Positions 35,386-47,035 of a stretch of DNA of 64,000 nt are shown one piece after another. The DNA comes from Calditrichia bacterium (GTDB lineage Bacteria > Calditrichota > Calditrichia > JAJRVZ01), in NCBI GenBank assembly GCA_963777955.1, contig CAVZSQ010000013.1, forward strand, positions 1 through 64,000, given 5' to 3'. The position numbers and the translations under genes were made by a program. The notes below the pieces were generated by a model that searched no databases, had not been told where the DNA came from, and saw only the letters and a list, made by a program, of their open reading frames with translations. Numbering within the stretch: the stretch's first letter is position 1; each line of letters begins with the position of its first letter.

Positions 35386-36846
35386 ATGAAAAATAGAATC
35401 GTGGGCGAAGCTCTTACCTTTGATGATGTGCTGCTATTACCTGCCAAGACAGAAGTATTACCCACCGATGTCGACGTTCGCAGCAGGCTGACCAGACATA
35501 TTAAAGTGAATATACCGATTGTAAGCGCAGCGATGGATACCGTGACCGAGGCCGACCTGGCTATCGCTCTGGCCAGGGAGGGGGGTATCGGGATCATACA
35601 TAAGAATATGACTCTGGAGCAACAGGTTCACCAGGTCGACCGGGTCAAACGTTCGGAAAGCGGAATGATACTCAAACCCGAAACACTGGGTCCAAAGAAT
35701 AAATTGCACGAAGCACTGGACAAAATGGACCGTTACCGGATTTCCGGGATCCCGATCGTGGTTGGTGAAAAACTGGTTGGTATTCTGACCAATCGTGATA
35801 TCCGCTTTACCACTGATCTCGACCAACCGATTGAAAATCTGATGACCAAGGACCATCTGGTTACCACCCCTGTCGGCACTTCGCTGGAAGTTGCCGAGCA
35901 CCTGTTACAAAAGCACCGTATAGAAAAATTACTGGTGGTTGACGAGGCCGGACGTCTGAAAGGATTAATAACCGTTAAAGATATCCAGAAAAAACGAATG
36001 TATCCCATGGCCTGCAAGGACCAACACGGCCGGCTACGGGTAGGTGCTGCCATCGGCATTGGACAAAATGCCATAAAACGTGCTGCGGCCCTGATCGAAG
36101 CAGGGGTTGATGTCCTCACCATCGATACAGCTCATGGTCATTCCAAGAATGTTTTAAATACTTTGACTGAAGTGAAAAAACAATTCCCGGACATCGATAT
36201 CATCGCCGGCAATATCGCCACGGCAGCAGCAGCCAGAGATTTAATCGCGCGCGGGGCCGATGCCTTGAAGGTCGGAATTGGTCCGGGCTCAATCTGCACT
36301 ACCCGGGTGGTAACCGGGGTGGGTGTGCCACAGATCTATGCTATTTCAGAAGTCGCTGCCGAAGCGGCAAAAAAGAAAATTCCGGTGATTGCCGATGGGG
36401 GTATTAAATATTCCGGTGATATACCAAAAGCCATCGCAGCGGGCGCGGATAGCGTGATGATCGGTGGTTTATTCGCCGGTACTGACGAGAGTCCCGGCGA
36501 AGCGATTTTACTGGATGGCCGCAGTTATAAGTCCGTGCGTGGAATGGGTTCAATCGCCGCCATGCGCGGTGGCAGCAGTGATCGTTATTTCCAGGAGGGT
36601 TTGTCGGTTGATAAACTGGTCCCGGAAGGCATCGAAGGACGTGTACCCTATCGCGGACCGCTGCGCAACACTGTCTTTCAACTGGTTGGTGGATTGCGAT
36701 CGGCCATGGGTTACACCGGTTGCGTGACCATCGCCGAGTTGAAGAAAAAACCAAAATTCATCAAGATAACCAGTGCCGGGCTTAACGAAAGTCATCCGCA
36801 TGATGTGATCATTACCAAAGAGTCACCGAACTACCAGACCCGCTGA
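35386..36846 (+). CDS. guaB: IMP dehydrogenase
   Basis: [19 protein letters not shown] pair, [22 protein letters not shown]. Confidence 0.97.
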   Translation: MKNRIVGEALTFDDVLLLPAKTEVLPTDVDVRSRLTRHIKVNIPIVSAAMDTVTEADLAIALAREGGIGIIHKNMTLEQQVHQVDRVKRSESGMILKPETLGPKNKLHEALDKMDRYRISGIPIVVGEKLVGILTNRDIRFTTDLDQPIENLMTKDHLVTTPVGTSLEVAEHLLQKHRIEKLLVVDEAGRLKGLITVKDIQKKRMYPMACKDQHGRLRVGAAIGIGQNAIKRAAALIEAGVDVLTIDTAHGHSKNVLNTLTEVKKQFPDIDIIAGNIATAAAARDLIARGADALKVGIGPGSICTTRVVTGVGVPQIYAISEVAAEAAKKKIPVIADGGIKYSGDIPKAIAAGADSVMIGGLFAGTDESPGEAILLDGRSYKSVRGMGSIAAMRGGSSDRYFQEGLSVDKLVPEGIEGRVPYRGPLRNTVFQLVGGLRSAMGYTGCVTIAELKKKPKFIKITSAGLNESHPHDVIITKESPNYQTR

Positions 36847-36911
36847 TTCCCAAAACGGATTCAAATATTTCCTTGTCCCAGCCCCTGCAGAGTTATAACT
36901 TCCAGCAGTCT

Positions 36912-38735
36912 ATGAATATCGAAGAAAAATTATCCAATTTGCCGGACAAACCGGGAGTTTACCTGTTTAAAAGTAAAGATGGCAAGGTGCTGTACATCGG
37001 CAAAGCAACGATACTGCGTAACCGCGTCCGTTCCTATTTTCAGAAATCACGGCCGCTTGATCCCCGCTTGCAGGTACTCGTTACCCGGGTCGGAGACCTG
37101 GAATGGATTGTCACCGATTCAGATGTGGAAGCTTTGATCCTGGAAGCCAATCTGATTAAAAAACATAAACCGCGTTATAATATTAATCTGAAGGACGATA
37201 AAAGTTACCCTTATATCCGTATTACGGCGGAAGATTTTCCGCAGGTATTCCCTACCCGCCGCATCATCCGTGACGGTTCTGCCTATTTCGGACCCTATAC
37301 TAATGTGCGCGATATGCGTGAAGCCTTGACCACCCTGAAACGTTTGTTTGCAATTCGTACCTGTAAATATGACCTTAGTGCCGAAGTGATCGCCAAAAAG
37401 AAGGTACAACTCTGCCTGCAATACTATATTAAGAGATGCCTGGGGCCCTGCCAGGGCCTGCAGGAAAAAGAAGATTATACCCGCATGATCGAAAAGGTCA
37501 GGCAGTTCCTGAAGGGCAAGACCAATCAGATTCTTTCTGAACTCCGGCAGGAGATGTCCGGCCTGGCTGAGCAGCAGAAATATGAAGAAGCAGCCCACCT
37601 TCGTGATAAAATTGAACTCCTGGAAAAGTACCGGAATGCCCAGAAAGTGGTATTGAGCGATCCCTGGGATCGTGATGTATTTGCCGTCATCCGGGAGGAC
37701 GACGATGCCTGTGCGGTCATTTTCAAGATCCGTGAAGGAAAAATTATCAGCCGGGCTCATTATTACCTGAACGGTGTTTTGCATAAAGAGTATGCTGAAG
37801 TCCTGGAACACTTTATCAACCAGTATTACAGTAATACCCAGGAGATCCCGCAGGAGATATTTGTGCCGAAGGATTTATCTGAACCTGAAGTTATTGCTGC
37901 CTGGCTAAGCAATCGCAGTAATCAGCCTGTGAAAATAATTGTACCCAGGTCGGGCGAAAAGAAAAAACTGATTGAAATGTGCGAAAAGAATGCCCATTAT
38001 TTGCTGGAAGAATTAAAACTGCAAAAATTGAAGGTTAAAGAGTCGGTACCGTATGTACTACAGGCGCTGCAACGGGATTTAAGTCTGACCAAATCCCCCC
38101 GGCGCATCGAATGCTTTGACATTTCCAATATCCAGGGCAGCGATCCTGTCGCCTCGATGGTCTGTTTTATTGATGGCAAGCCGCACAAAAGTGAATATCG
38201 AAAGTATAAAATTAATATACAGGAAACACCGGATGATTTTGCCATGATGCGCGAAGTGATTAAACGCCGTTACAGCAGGGTTTTGCAGGAAAAAAAGGAA
38301 TTACCGGATCTGATCATGGTTGATGGCGGCAAGGGACAGTTATCCAGCGCCCTGTCGGTATTGAATGAACTCAAATTACGGGAACAGCCGGTGATCGGTC
38401 TGGCCAAGAAACTGGAAGAGATATTCAGGCCGGGATGCAGCGAGGCCCAGATGCTGCCCAAAACATCGGCCAGTTTAAAATTATTGCAAAAGATCCGCGA
38501 TGAAGCACACCGTTTTGCCGTCACCTTTCACCGGCAGAGACGTAGTAGACGCACTCTGACCTCGGAGTTGGATCAGATCCCGGGAATCGGCCCAAAACGC
38601 CGCAATCAATTGCTGAAAATTTTTGGATCGGTGGTAGATTTAAAAGCAGCACCGCTGGAACTGATCAGGGTAAAAGGAAAAATATCAGCAGTACTGGCCA
38701 GAAAAATTCATAAATTTTTGCACCCTGAACGCTAG
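36912..38735 (+). CDS. uvrC: Excinuclease ABC subunit C
   Basis: GIY-YIG PGVYLF...YIGKA, LKDDKSYPY, IECFDISN, DGGKGQ, RDEAHRFA, HhH IPGIGPKR. Confidence 0.97.
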   Translation: MNIEEKLSNLPDKPGVYLFKSKDGKVLYIGKATILRNRVRSYFQKSRPLDPRLQVLVTRVGDLEWIVTDSDVEALILEANLIKKHKPRYNINLKDDKSYPYIRITAEDFPQVFPTRRIIRDGSAYFGPYTNVRDMREALTTLKRLFAIRTCKYDLSAEVIAKKKVQLCLQYYIKRCLGPCQGLQEKEDYTRMIEKVRQFLKGKTNQILSELRQEMSGLAEQQKYEEAAHLRDKIELLEKYRNAQKVVLSDPWDRDVFAVIREDDDACAVIFKIREGKIISRAHYYLNGVLHKEYAEVLEHFINQYYSNTQEIPQEIFVPKDLSEPEVIAAWLSNRSNQPVKIIVPRSGEKKKLIEMCEKNAHYLLEELKLQKLKVKESVPYVLQALQRDLSLTKSPRRIECFDISNIQGSDPVASMVCFIDGKPHKSEYRKYKINIQETPDDFAMMREVIKRRYSRVLQEKKELPDLIMVDGGKGQLSSALSVLNELKLREQPVIGLAKKLEEIFRPGCSEAQMLPKTSASLKLLQKIRDEAHRFAVTFHRQRRSRRTLTSELDQIPGIGPKRRNQLLKIFGSVVDLKAAPLELIRVKGKISAVLARKIHKFLHPER

Positions 38736-38784
38736 AGGCTTTTAACCTTACCGTTATCCCGCAGGAAAACAGTACAAAATTCGA

Positions 38785-38864
38785 TTGACTTTTCAATGAT
38801 TTAGTTTTATGTTTTGATGAAATTAAAAATGCATACCATGTTCAACATGTAATTTTTCTTGCAT
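38785..38864 (+). promoter_or_regulatory. Sigma70 promoter plus two imperfect palindromic boxes (candidate RpiR operators)
   Basis: TTGACT-N17-TATGTT (38785-38813); ATGAAATTAAAAATGCAT (38817-38834) and ATGTAATTTTTCTTGCAT (38847-38864). Confidence 0.55.
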
Positions 38865-38869
38865 TGGCT

Positions 38870-39733
38870 ATGCCCATCCAAAAAGAAATTGAAAAACGGA
38901 TCTATCAGAATTTACCCCGGCTGGCTCACAATCAGAAAAAGATCGCTGATTTCTTCCTGGAACACATCGATTGGGTAGCGCTGCTGCCCATTAAGGATAT
39001 TGCCCACAGAGTCGGGGTCAGTGAAGCTTCGATCGTCCGCTTCAGCCAGATCCTCGGTTATAAGGGTTACAAAGAACTAAAACAGGCATTATCAATTGCT
39101 TTAAAAAACCAGTTATCCCCCACCCAGCGCTATCATTATGCCATCAGCGAAAAGGAAAAAATCCACAATACCCTCAAACTGGCCAGCGATAATGTCATTA
39201 ACAATATCCACGATACGATCAAATCCCTGGACAAGGAAGTTTTTTCCCAGATCGTGGACAGGATCAGCGCTGCCCACCGCATCTATTGCTTTGGACTCGA
39301 AATATCGGCCCATCTTTCCCAACTGATGACCTTCTTATTACGACTTTACAGTTACGATGCACAATATTTATCCATGGATTTTTTCCGTTACCAGGAACAG
39401 ATTGGCTATTTAAATAAAAAAGACCTGGTGATCGCTTTCAGTTTTTCCCCTTATTCGCGGGAAACCATCGAAGCCCTGGCCCTGGCTAAAAAACGTGGTA
39501 TAAAAAGCATCGCATTTACGGATAAGAAAACAGCGCCGATACGTCAATTTGCCAGTTACTGCATCCAGATCAAAACCGATAATATCATGTTCAGTAATTC
39601 ACTGGGTGCCGTGGTTACCGTGATTAATGCCATCATCAACGAACTCAATTTTAAAGACCAGAAACGAACCCTGCATGCCCTGGAGGTGATTGAGGAAAGC
39701 ATCAAGGATGATCGCTATTTCATAAATGCGTGA
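38870..39733 (+). CDS. RpiR/MurR-family transcriptional regulator (HTH + SIS)
   Basis: KKIADFFL...VSEASIVRFSQILGYKGYKELK; SIS domain with FSFSPYSRET, AFTD. Confidence 0.92.
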   Translation: MPIQKEIEKRIYQNLPRLAHNQKKIADFFLEHIDWVALLPIKDIAHRVGVSEASIVRFSQILGYKGYKELKQALSIALKNQLSPTQRYHYAISEKEKIHNTLKLASDNVINNIHDTIKSLDKEVFSQIVDRISAAHRIYCFGLEISAHLSQLMTFLLRLYSYDAQYLSMDFFRYQEQIGYLNKKDLVIAFSFSPYSRETIEALALAKKRGIKSIAFTDKKTAPIRQFASYCIQIKTDNIMFSNSLGAVVTVINAIINELNFKDQKRTLHALEVIEESIKDDRYFINA

Positions 39734-39791
39734 GAATAAATCAAACCGGATCGCATTCCGAATCACATCAATCAAGGAATTGCTATAAAGA

Positions 39792-40907
39792 ATGAATCAA
39801 CAAAGGTTACAAGATCTGTTCCTGCAGTTGGCTAAAATAGACGGGGTATCTTTACATGAACGGGCGGTGGCCGATTTCATTATACAAAAACTAAGTCTGT
39901 TAAATCTGGAAGTGGCCGAAGACAATGCTGCCAAACGGTTGAAGGGTAACTGCGGCAACCTGATCGTCCGTATCGACGCTGATCGCGATCAACGGGAACC
40001 GTTGCTGCTTCTGGCTCATCTGGATACGGTTAAATCAACCGGGAACCTTACACCACGGATCAGCGATGGTGTGCTGCACTCGGATGGCTCCACCATCCTG
40101 GGTGCCGATAACCGGGCGGGCCTGACCCTGATTATGGGTCTGCTGGAGGAAATTTCACTACAAAAGTACAAGCACCGAAATCTTGAAATTATATTTACGG
40201 TCGCCGAAGAATTGGGTATGCTCGGCGCACTGGCCCTGGATTTTTCGCAGCTGCGCTCCAGAGAAGGTTTCGTCTTTGACTGCACGGCAGTACCGGGCGG
40301 GTATGTGACTGCAACCCCCACGGCTATCGATTTTAAAATCAACTTTACCGGCCGGGCCGCACATTCTGCTGTGGCACCGGAAAAAGGGATCAATGCCCTG
40401 TCGATGGCCTTGCAGGTCTGTAATAAATTTCCGGTGGGCCGGGTCAATGAACATACCGTGGCTAATATCGGTACCATTCATGGCGGTTCAGCGGATAACG
40501 TTGTTCCGGAGCAGGTTTCGGTCACGGGTGAATTCCGTTCGTTTCGGGCAGAAGAAATTAATACAATTGAAAAAACTCTGAAAGCGGATTGCCAGGACGC
40601 TGAAACTAAGTGGGGCGGCCGTTGCGAACTGTCATTTGCCACAAGTTTTTGCGGTTTTCACTTCGAACCGGAAATGTCAATCGTCAAACATTTAAATAAC
40701 GTATATAAAAAAACAGGGGTCACGGTCAATCCAATGATCTATTATGGCGGAAGCGATGCCAATGTTTTCAATGCCAATGGTATTAAAATCATTAACCTGG
40801 GAATCGGAGCGAACAATCCTCATTCCAATCAGGAACATATTGCCCTGGCCGATATGCTGAAAGGATATGAAATTATGATGCATTTGATCGAAGCGGAGAA
40901 ATTATGA
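39792..40907 (+). CDS. M20 metallopeptidase (peptidase T-like), no signal peptide
   Basis: AHLDTV, ILGADNRAG, AEELG, GRAAHS...PEKGINA, GGSDAN, HSNQE. Confidence 0.9.
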   Translation: MNQQRLQDLFLQLAKIDGVSLHERAVADFIIQKLSLLNLEVAEDNAAKRLKGNCGNLIVRIDADRDQREPLLLLAHLDTVKSTGNLTPRISDGVLHSDGSTILGADNRAGLTLIMGLLEEISLQKYKHRNLEIIFTVAEELGMLGALALDFSQLRSREGFVFDCTAVPGGYVTATPTAIDFKINFTGRAAHSAVAPEKGINALSMALQVCNKFPVGRVNEHTVANIGTIHGGSADNVVPEQVSVTGEFRSFRAEEINTIEKTLKADCQDAETKWGGRCELSFATSFCGFHFEPEMSIVKHLNNVYKKTGVTVNPMIYYGGSDANVFNANGIKIINLGIGANNPHSNQEHIALADMLKGYEIMMHLIEAEKL

Positions 40908-41755
40908 AGCGACTTATCGCTATGTATATTCTGGCTTTTTGCCTGACCTGGAGTTGTACTCCACCGGCAGGGACGGCGGGTAAAGGATATCTATTGATCA
41001 TCGGCGGTGGTGATAAACCGGCGCCGGCTTTGCGGGAATTTGTAACCTTGAGTGCTGACAAACCTATCCTGGTAATTACTTCCGCCAGTGAAGTTCCCCA
41101 GGAGAGCGGGCCGGAAACAGTACAGATGCTGCGTGATGCAGGTGCACGAATGATCAACTGGACCCATATCGATAGCCCGGCCATGGCCAATACGGATAGC
41201 GTGGTAGCCATGATTGCAGCAGCGGGCGGAATATTTTTTAGCGGGGGTGTTCAGGAACGGCTGATGAATCGATTAAACAATTCGCGTTCGGCGGCTGAAA
41301 TTTTAAATCTTTATTTCAAAAAAGGGGGCATTATCGGCGGGACCAGCGCAGGTGCTGCCGTGATGAGCCGGGTCATGATCACCGGTAATGAACTGATTAA
41401 CCGGGATACAACCAATATCTTCGTCACCATCCAGAAGAATAATGTCGAGACCAAACAAGGTTTTGGATTCCTGGATAAAGTGATCATCGATCAGCATTTT
41501 GTGGCCCGCAAACGCCACAACCGCTTGATCAGCCAGATTCTGGAACATCCGGAATTACTGGGTATCGGTATCGACGAAGATACCGCCATCCTGGTATATC
41601 CCGACGGTAAATCCCGTGTCTACGGCACGGGTCCTGTACTCATCTATAATGCCCGTAAAGCCAAAGCAATTCGAACCAATGATCAAGGAATGCTGGCAGC
41701 CCGGAATATTAAAATCGACATCCTGCTGGCTGGTGAAGAGTTTATTATAGAATAA
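40904..41755 (+). CDS. cphB: Cyanophycinase (peptidase S51), predicted lipoprotein
   Basis: LLIIGGG, FFSGGVQ, GGTSAGAA (Ser), IIDQHF..RKRHNRL (His), GIGIDEDTA (Glu); signal MKRLIAMYILAFCLTWS-C. Confidence 0.85.
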   Translation: MKRLIAMYILAFCLTWSCTPPAGTAGKGYLLIIGGGDKPAPALREFVTLSADKPILVITSASEVPQESGPETVQMLRDAGARMINWTHIDSPAMANTDSVVAMIAAAGGIFFSGGVQERLMNRLNNSRSAAEILNLYFKKGGIIGGTSAGAAVMSRVMITGNELINRDTTNIFVTIQKNNVETKQGFGFLDKVIIDQHFVARKRHNRLISQILEHPELLGIGIDEDTAILVYPDGKSRVYGTGPVLIYNARKAKAIRTNDQGMLAARNIKIDILLAGEEFIIE

Positions 41756-41792
41756 TGGTTTAAGGAATCCGGCAATCCAATAGTTAAAACTT

Positions 41793-43184
41793 ATGAAAAC
41801 TAAATTTTCCCTGAATACCCTGGTCATGATTTATGCAATCGTGGTCGTGGTCGCAGTATTAACCTGGCTTATTCCGGGCGGGGAATATCAGCGTGAAATG
41901 AAAGAAGGCCGCACCCTGGTCATCCCCGGCTCTTTTCAATACACCCAGAGTGAACCTCAGGGGCTGGGTGCTGTGCTGATGGCACCCATCAAAGGATTTA
42001 TCCAGGCTGCCCAGATCATAGCCTTTCTATTGATCATCGGCGGTGTCTTCAGCACCATGCAGAGAACCGGTGCGATCACCGCTGCCGTCAAAAAAATGGC
42101 AATTGTTTTCAGTAACCGGCAGCAGCTGCAAAAATATTTCATTCCGGTAACCATGTTCATCTTCTCTCTGGGGGGTACACTTTTCGGCATGTGCGAAGAA
42201 ACCATGCCGTTTATTCCGATATTCATACCGCTGGCGATTTCGCTTGGTTATGATTCGCTGGTCGGTACTGCCATACCATTTTTAGGGGCCGCGGCTGGAT
42301 TTGCCGGTGCAGTTTTCAATCCCTTTACCGTCGGTATTGCCCAGGGCATAGCCGAACTACCCCTTTATTCGGGCATGTCCTACCGCCTGCTGGTCTGGGT
42401 CCTCAGCACATTCTTCATGATTTATTTCGTAATGCGCTACGCAGCAAAAATCAAGGCGAATCCGACACTCAGTCCGGTTTATGAAATCGATCAGCAGCGT
42501 AAACATGATCTGCATTTAAATACGGCTAACCAGGAAGCATTCTCATTACGGCATAAATTGGTCTTAAGCGCCTTTGTGCTGGCAATTATTTTATTGATCT
42601 ATGGAGTTCTGAAATTCGAGTGGTATATTAATGAAATCGCCGCTTTATTCCTGGGTCTGGGAATTGTCAGCGGCCTGCTGGGGCGTTTATCCGTTACCGA
42701 GCTTACCGAAAGTTTTAAAAACGGCGCTAAAGACATGATCGGCGTGGCATTCATCATTGCCTGCGCCCGGGCTATCTTAGTAGTCGCCAGCGATGGCCAG
42801 ATTATGGATGTGATGTTATATAATCTGTCCAGCGTCATTTCACATTTTAATCCTATAATTTCTGCGCAGGCTATGTTTGTTACCCAGGGCATCATCAACT
42901 TTTTTGTGCATTCCGGTTCAGGGCAGGCGGCGCTGACCATGCCGGTGATGGCTCCCCTGGCTGATGTAATAGGCATCAGCCGCCAGACTGCCGTGCTGGC
43001 CTTTGTTTTTGGTGAAGGCTGGATCAATCCCATTCTGCCTACCTCGGGGGTCACTATGGGTGTACTGGGCCTGGCCGGGCTTTCCTGGGATAAATGGGCT
43101 AAATGGATGCTGCCCATACAAATTTTCTTTTTTATTCTGGCACTATTACTGTTGATACCGCCGGTAATTTTTAACTGGCAATAA
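41793..43184 (+). CDS. YfcC-family (DcuC-like) transporter, putative basic amino acid/dipeptide carrier
   Basis: LTWLIPGGEY, GMCEE, NPFTVGIAQGIAELPLYSG, SGSGQAALTMPVMAPLAD. Confidence 0.9.
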   Translation: MKTKFSLNTLVMIYAIVVVVAVLTWLIPGGEYQREMKEGRTLVIPGSFQYTQSEPQGLGAVLMAPIKGFIQAAQIIAFLLIIGGVFSTMQRTGAITAAVKKMAIVFSNRQQLQKYFIPVTMFIFSLGGTLFGMCEETMPFIPIFIPLAISLGYDSLVGTAIPFLGAAAGFAGAVFNPFTVGIAQGIAELPLYSGMSYRLLVWVLSTFFMIYFVMRYAAKIKANPTLSPVYEIDQQRKHDLHLNTANQEAFSLRHKLVLSAFVLAIILLIYGVLKFEWYINEIAALFLGLGIVSGLLGRLSVTELTESFKNGAKDMIGVAFIIACARAILVVASDGQIMDVMLYNLSSVISHFNPIISAQAMFVTQGIINFFVHSGSGQAALTMPVMAPLADVIGISRQTAVLAFVFGEGWINPILPTSGVTMGVLGLAGLSWDKWAKWMLPIQIFFFILALLLLIPPVIFNWQ

Positions 43185-43286
43185 GGCGAGATCTTGAAAT
43201 TATTTAAACCGGAAAATTCCAGGCAATTAATTGTTTTATGATTGCATATAATATTAACCAAGTACTATGCTTAAAAGGAGGTAGTC

Positions 43287-44456
43287 ATGAGTACCAGAGT
43301 TACCAAATTATTCATGTGTTTCATTTTATTGAGCATGTTCTTTTTTAGTGAAAGCCAGGCTCAGATTTTTTTTGAAACCGGAAAAATTGGCGTCCGGGTG
43401 AGCAACGCCGGTGCTGTCCGTATATATGCACCATCAACCAATGACAATCAGCAATTGTCCCGGGTGACAATTATCGCTGCCCTCTCCGAACAGGCTGTAT
43501 CTGATTATACTGATGATCATGATGCCGGCGATGTGGCCGCCGCTCTGGTTATTCCGCCGACCCTGGCTGATACAGAAGCTGTAGTAGAATTTAACAGCGA
43601 ATATTCCAGTTTACCACCAAAGGTATATTATCGCCTGCATGTCTATTCCTGGCTTAATGAATCGTACATCATTGCCCGCTTTACGGCAATCAACCAAACC
43701 GGACAGGAGGGTACCTTTTACATCGGCGCTACCACTGTACCACGTATTGCCGGAAGTTATGGCGGAGAAACCAACAGTTACAATATTACCCATAAAACAG
43801 ACTTTTAGTTATCGCGCTGTCGATACCTGCTATGCCGGTTACCGGCTGGTGTCAGCCGAACCCCACTCCTACCATGCTCTGGATTGGACGGTTTATTCTC
43901 CTTAGATCCCAGCAGTGACGTGGCGACCGATTCCACCCGTTATCACATGACTGCTGACGCCGGTTTTGATGCCGAGATGACCGCGGGTGGCGATGGTTCT
44001 ATTCTGAGTTTGAATGCCGGTGCTTTCACCCTGGCCGCCGGCGATTCCGCCGTGGTATATTACGCTATGGCCTTTGCTAAGAGCGAAACTGATCTGATGA
44101 CTGCTACCGATGCCGCACAGGCTAAATATAACGATCTGTTTACTGCGATTGACGACAATGCCGGTCCTGAAATCCTGTCTTCTTTTACACTGCAACAGAA
44201 TTATCCTAATCCATTCAATCCGAGCACTTCAATTCAGTTCAGTCTGAATAATAGCACAGATCTGCAGCTGAACGTTTATAATTTAAGTGGCCAGTTCGTG
44301 AATACAATTGCCGCGGGTACTTACAGTGCGGGATCGCATCTGGCTACCTGGAATGGCCGGGACAGCCGTGGAAATGAAGTAGCCTCGGGCATCTATTTAT
44401 ATCGCCTGATCAGCGCTAATACCAGTTTGACCAAAAAGATGATCCTGGTGCGATAA
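43287..44456 (+). CDS. Secreted protein with C-terminal FlgD-Ig/T9SS-type domain; 2 frameshifts near 43800 and 43900
   Basis: AAGGAGG RBS and signal peptide; fragments 43287..43808, 43639..43905 (3' part), 43884..44456; QNYPNPFNPST...ASGIYLYRL...KKMILVR. Confidence 0.75.
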
Positions 44457-44508
44457 CAGATAGTAACTAACCACCAGTTAATAACCGGTTAAAAATGAGG
44501 TTTACTCA

Positions 44509-46980
44509 ATGAAAACTTTCACCATCATGCTGCTGCTGCTTTTACCAGCGGGCAGCCTGATCGCAGGTGTCACAGGAAAATTAGCCGGAACGATCATAAA
44601 CTCCGAAACCGGTGAAGCGTTGCCCGGAGCAAATATTCAGATTGTAGGCAGCACCCTGGGTGCGGCCGCCGATCTGGATGGACAATTCACTGTGCTGAAT
44701 ATTCCGCCTGGGATTATCGCCGTGAAGGCATCCTATATTAGTTGCGAACCAGTGACTATTACCGACATCCGCATCATGGTTGATTTGACGACCACGCTGA
44801 CGATCAAACTGCAACCCGTTACCGTATCTCTGGGCAAAGAGATTGTGATCGTCGCCGATAAAGCCATGATTCAGAGGGATCTTACCAGCACCAGTGCCGT
44901 AATACGGCGGGATGAACTTGATGATTTGCCGGTTTCGAGTTTTATCGATGTGTTAGCCTTACAGGGCGGTGTAATCGAACAGGGTGGCCGTTTGCATATC
45001 CGGGGCGGTCGCTCGAATGAAATTGCTTTCATGATAGATGGCATGTATGTAAAAGATCCCCTGCTGGGCCGCATGATTACCGAAATCAATAATGATGCTA
45101 TTCAGGAAATGAGTTTGCTCAGCGGAACATTTAATGCAGAATACGGCAACGCCCTGAGTGGAATCGTTAACATAGTCACACGGGATGGCGGAGAGAGTCA
45201 AAATGCCAGCCTGGAGTACCGCAGCAGTTCCTTCGGGATAGACCGTTACTCAGAACTGGGAGAATATCGTCTCAACGGCAGCCTGGGCGGCCCTTTATTT
45301 ACCGAACGGCTGAAATACTTTTTATCCGGCGAGCTGAATAACCGTGATAGTTATCTATCTTTCGGCTATGACCGTAATCTGACCCTGTTTAATAAATTAT
45401 CCTTCGCTTTTTTCCCGGCAGTAAAGATCACCATGTCAAACCGCTATAATCAGATCAAGCACCAGAACTACAGCCATGCTTATAAATATATTCCCGATCA
45501 GTATTACCGCAGCCGGACTAAGAACTGGCAAAGCACCCTGATGCTCACCCACACACTCAATACCAATTTATTTTATGATCTGCGCGTGTCTTATGTTTAC
45601 CAGGATTATTATTCAGGTATTGACAAGGATACCTCAGAATATATCTCGTCAGCCATGTGGGATTATCTCAGTACGGCCGGAAACGGATATGAATTCTGGG
45701 CCCGCGCCGATCCGATGGAACTAATCGAGAGCAGAACTAAAACTGTTGATGCCAAGGGAGACCTGGTCTGGCAGGTCGGACCGATTAATGAAATTAAACT
45801 AGGCCTGCAGTACCGCCAGCACTGGTTGAAGTTATTCAGCGTGTATGATCCCAAAAGAAATTTTCCGTACATCAATGATTACCGGATTGAACCGTTTGAG
45901 GCGGCCGCCTACCTGCAGAATAAAATTGAGTTCCCCTATTTAATTATCAATGTCGGGCTGCGCTTCGACTATTTCAATGCCAACGCCACCTTCCGCAGGG
46001 ATCCGCTCAGTCACGATAAACTGGTAAAAGTGAAGGCGCGCAACCAACTAAGCCCGCGTCTGGGTATCGCTCATCCCGTTTCGGAAAAAACAAAACTGCA
46101 TTTCGCCTACGGTCATTTCTTCCAGAATCCGGAATATCAATATTTATTTGAGAACCAGCAATATGATCTTAATGTACGCGAGCCGCTGTTCGGTCAACCC
46201 AATCTCGATGCTGAACGTACCATTGCTTATGAAGTCGGGATATCCCATCAGTTTTCGGAGCGCATCGCTGCACATCTGACCGCTTATTATAAAGATGTCA
46301 CGGGATTGATCGGTACCAGTTATTACGAGGCTTTTATGGGTAATACCGGCCGCTATGTAGGTTACACCGTGTATATCAATGAAGATTATGCCAACATTAA
46401 GGGATTTGAAATCAATATTGATGTGCGGCCAAGTAAATATTTTTCCGGTGGTCTAAGTTATACCTTGGCCATAGCCAGGGGCAGTGCTTCTTCCGAGGCT
46501 GAACAATATCCCGGTACCGAAGAATCAACCAAGTTATATTACCTGGATTTTGACCAGCGGCACAATCTAAATATTGAAACCATCTTTAAAATTCCGGCTA
46601 ATGAGGGGCCTGTTTTATGGGGCACGAGATTCCTGGCTAATACAGATCTCAGCATGATACTGAGGGCCGGTACCGGATTTCCTTATACACCCAGCGGGCG
46701 TGATATCGGTTTTGTAGAAAAGAATTCCCTGCGCATGCCCGGTCAATATACCCTGGATATGGAGATTGGCAAGACCTTCCAGGCCGGCTCAGGGCTTAAA
46801 CTGAGAATTTTCGCGGAAGTGTTAAATCTGACCGATCACCGGAACGTGATTTATGTATATGGAGATACCGGTGACGCGGAATATACCCTGGTTGGTGGTT
46901 ATTCCCGGGAGTATATGAGAGACCCGTCTAATTTTGGACCGCCCAGATCTGTAAGACTGGGTCTGGGATTCCAATATTAA
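44509..46980 (+). CDS. TonB-dependent receptor with N-terminal carboxypeptidase-regulatory-like domain
   Basis: TGKLAGTI..ETGEALPGANI, plug HIRGGRSNE...IDG, FNAEYGNALSGIVNIVT, SPRLG, C-terminal PRSVRLGLGFQY. Confidence 0.92.
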   Translation: MKTFTIMLLLLLPAGSLIAGVTGKLAGTIINSETGEALPGANIQIVGSTLGAAADLDGQFTVLNIPPGIIAVKASYISCEPVTITDIRIMVDLTTTLTIKLQPVTVSLGKEIVIVADKAMIQRDLTSTSAVIRRDELDDLPVSSFIDVLALQGGVIEQGGRLHIRGGRSNEIAFMIDGMYVKDPLLGRMITEINNDAIQEMSLLSGTFNAEYGNALSGIVNIVTRDGGESQNASLEYRSSSFGIDRYSELGEYRLNGSLGGPLFTERLKYFLSGELNNRDSYLSFGYDRNLTLFNKLSFAFFPAVKITMSNRYNQIKHQNYSHAYKYIPDQYYRSRTKNWQSTLMLTHTLNTNLFYDLRVSYVYQDYYSGIDKDTSEYISSAMWDYLSTAGNGYEFWARADPMELIESRTKTVDAKGDLVWQVGPINEIKLGLQYRQHWLKLFSVYDPKRNFPYINDYRIEPFEAAAYLQNKIEFPYLIINVGLRFDYFNANATFRRDPLSHDKLVKVKARNQLSPRLGIAHPVSEKTKLHFAYGHFFQNPEYQYLFENQQYDLNVREPLFGQPNLDAERTIAYEVGISHQFSERIAAHLTAYYKDVTGLIGTSYYEAFMGNTGRYVGYTVYINEDYANIKGFEINIDVRPSKYFSGGLSYTLAIARGSASSEAEQYPGTEESTKLYYLDFDQRHNLNIETIFKIPANEGPVLWGTRFLANTDLSMILRAGTGFPYTPSGRDIGFVEKNSLRMPGQYTLDMEIGKTFQAGSGLKLRIFAEVLNLTDHRNVIYVYGDTGDAEYTLVGGYSREYMRDPSNFGPPRSVRLGLGFQY

Positions 46981-47035
46981 CAAACCAAGTGATATATCGG
47001 GTAAAGAGATTAATTATGCTGGATGGTGGACAACA

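Noticed and set aside
40904..41755. Cyanophycin storage (cphA-cphB) operon
   Set aside because: No cyanophycin synthetase adjacent and the enzyme carries an export signal
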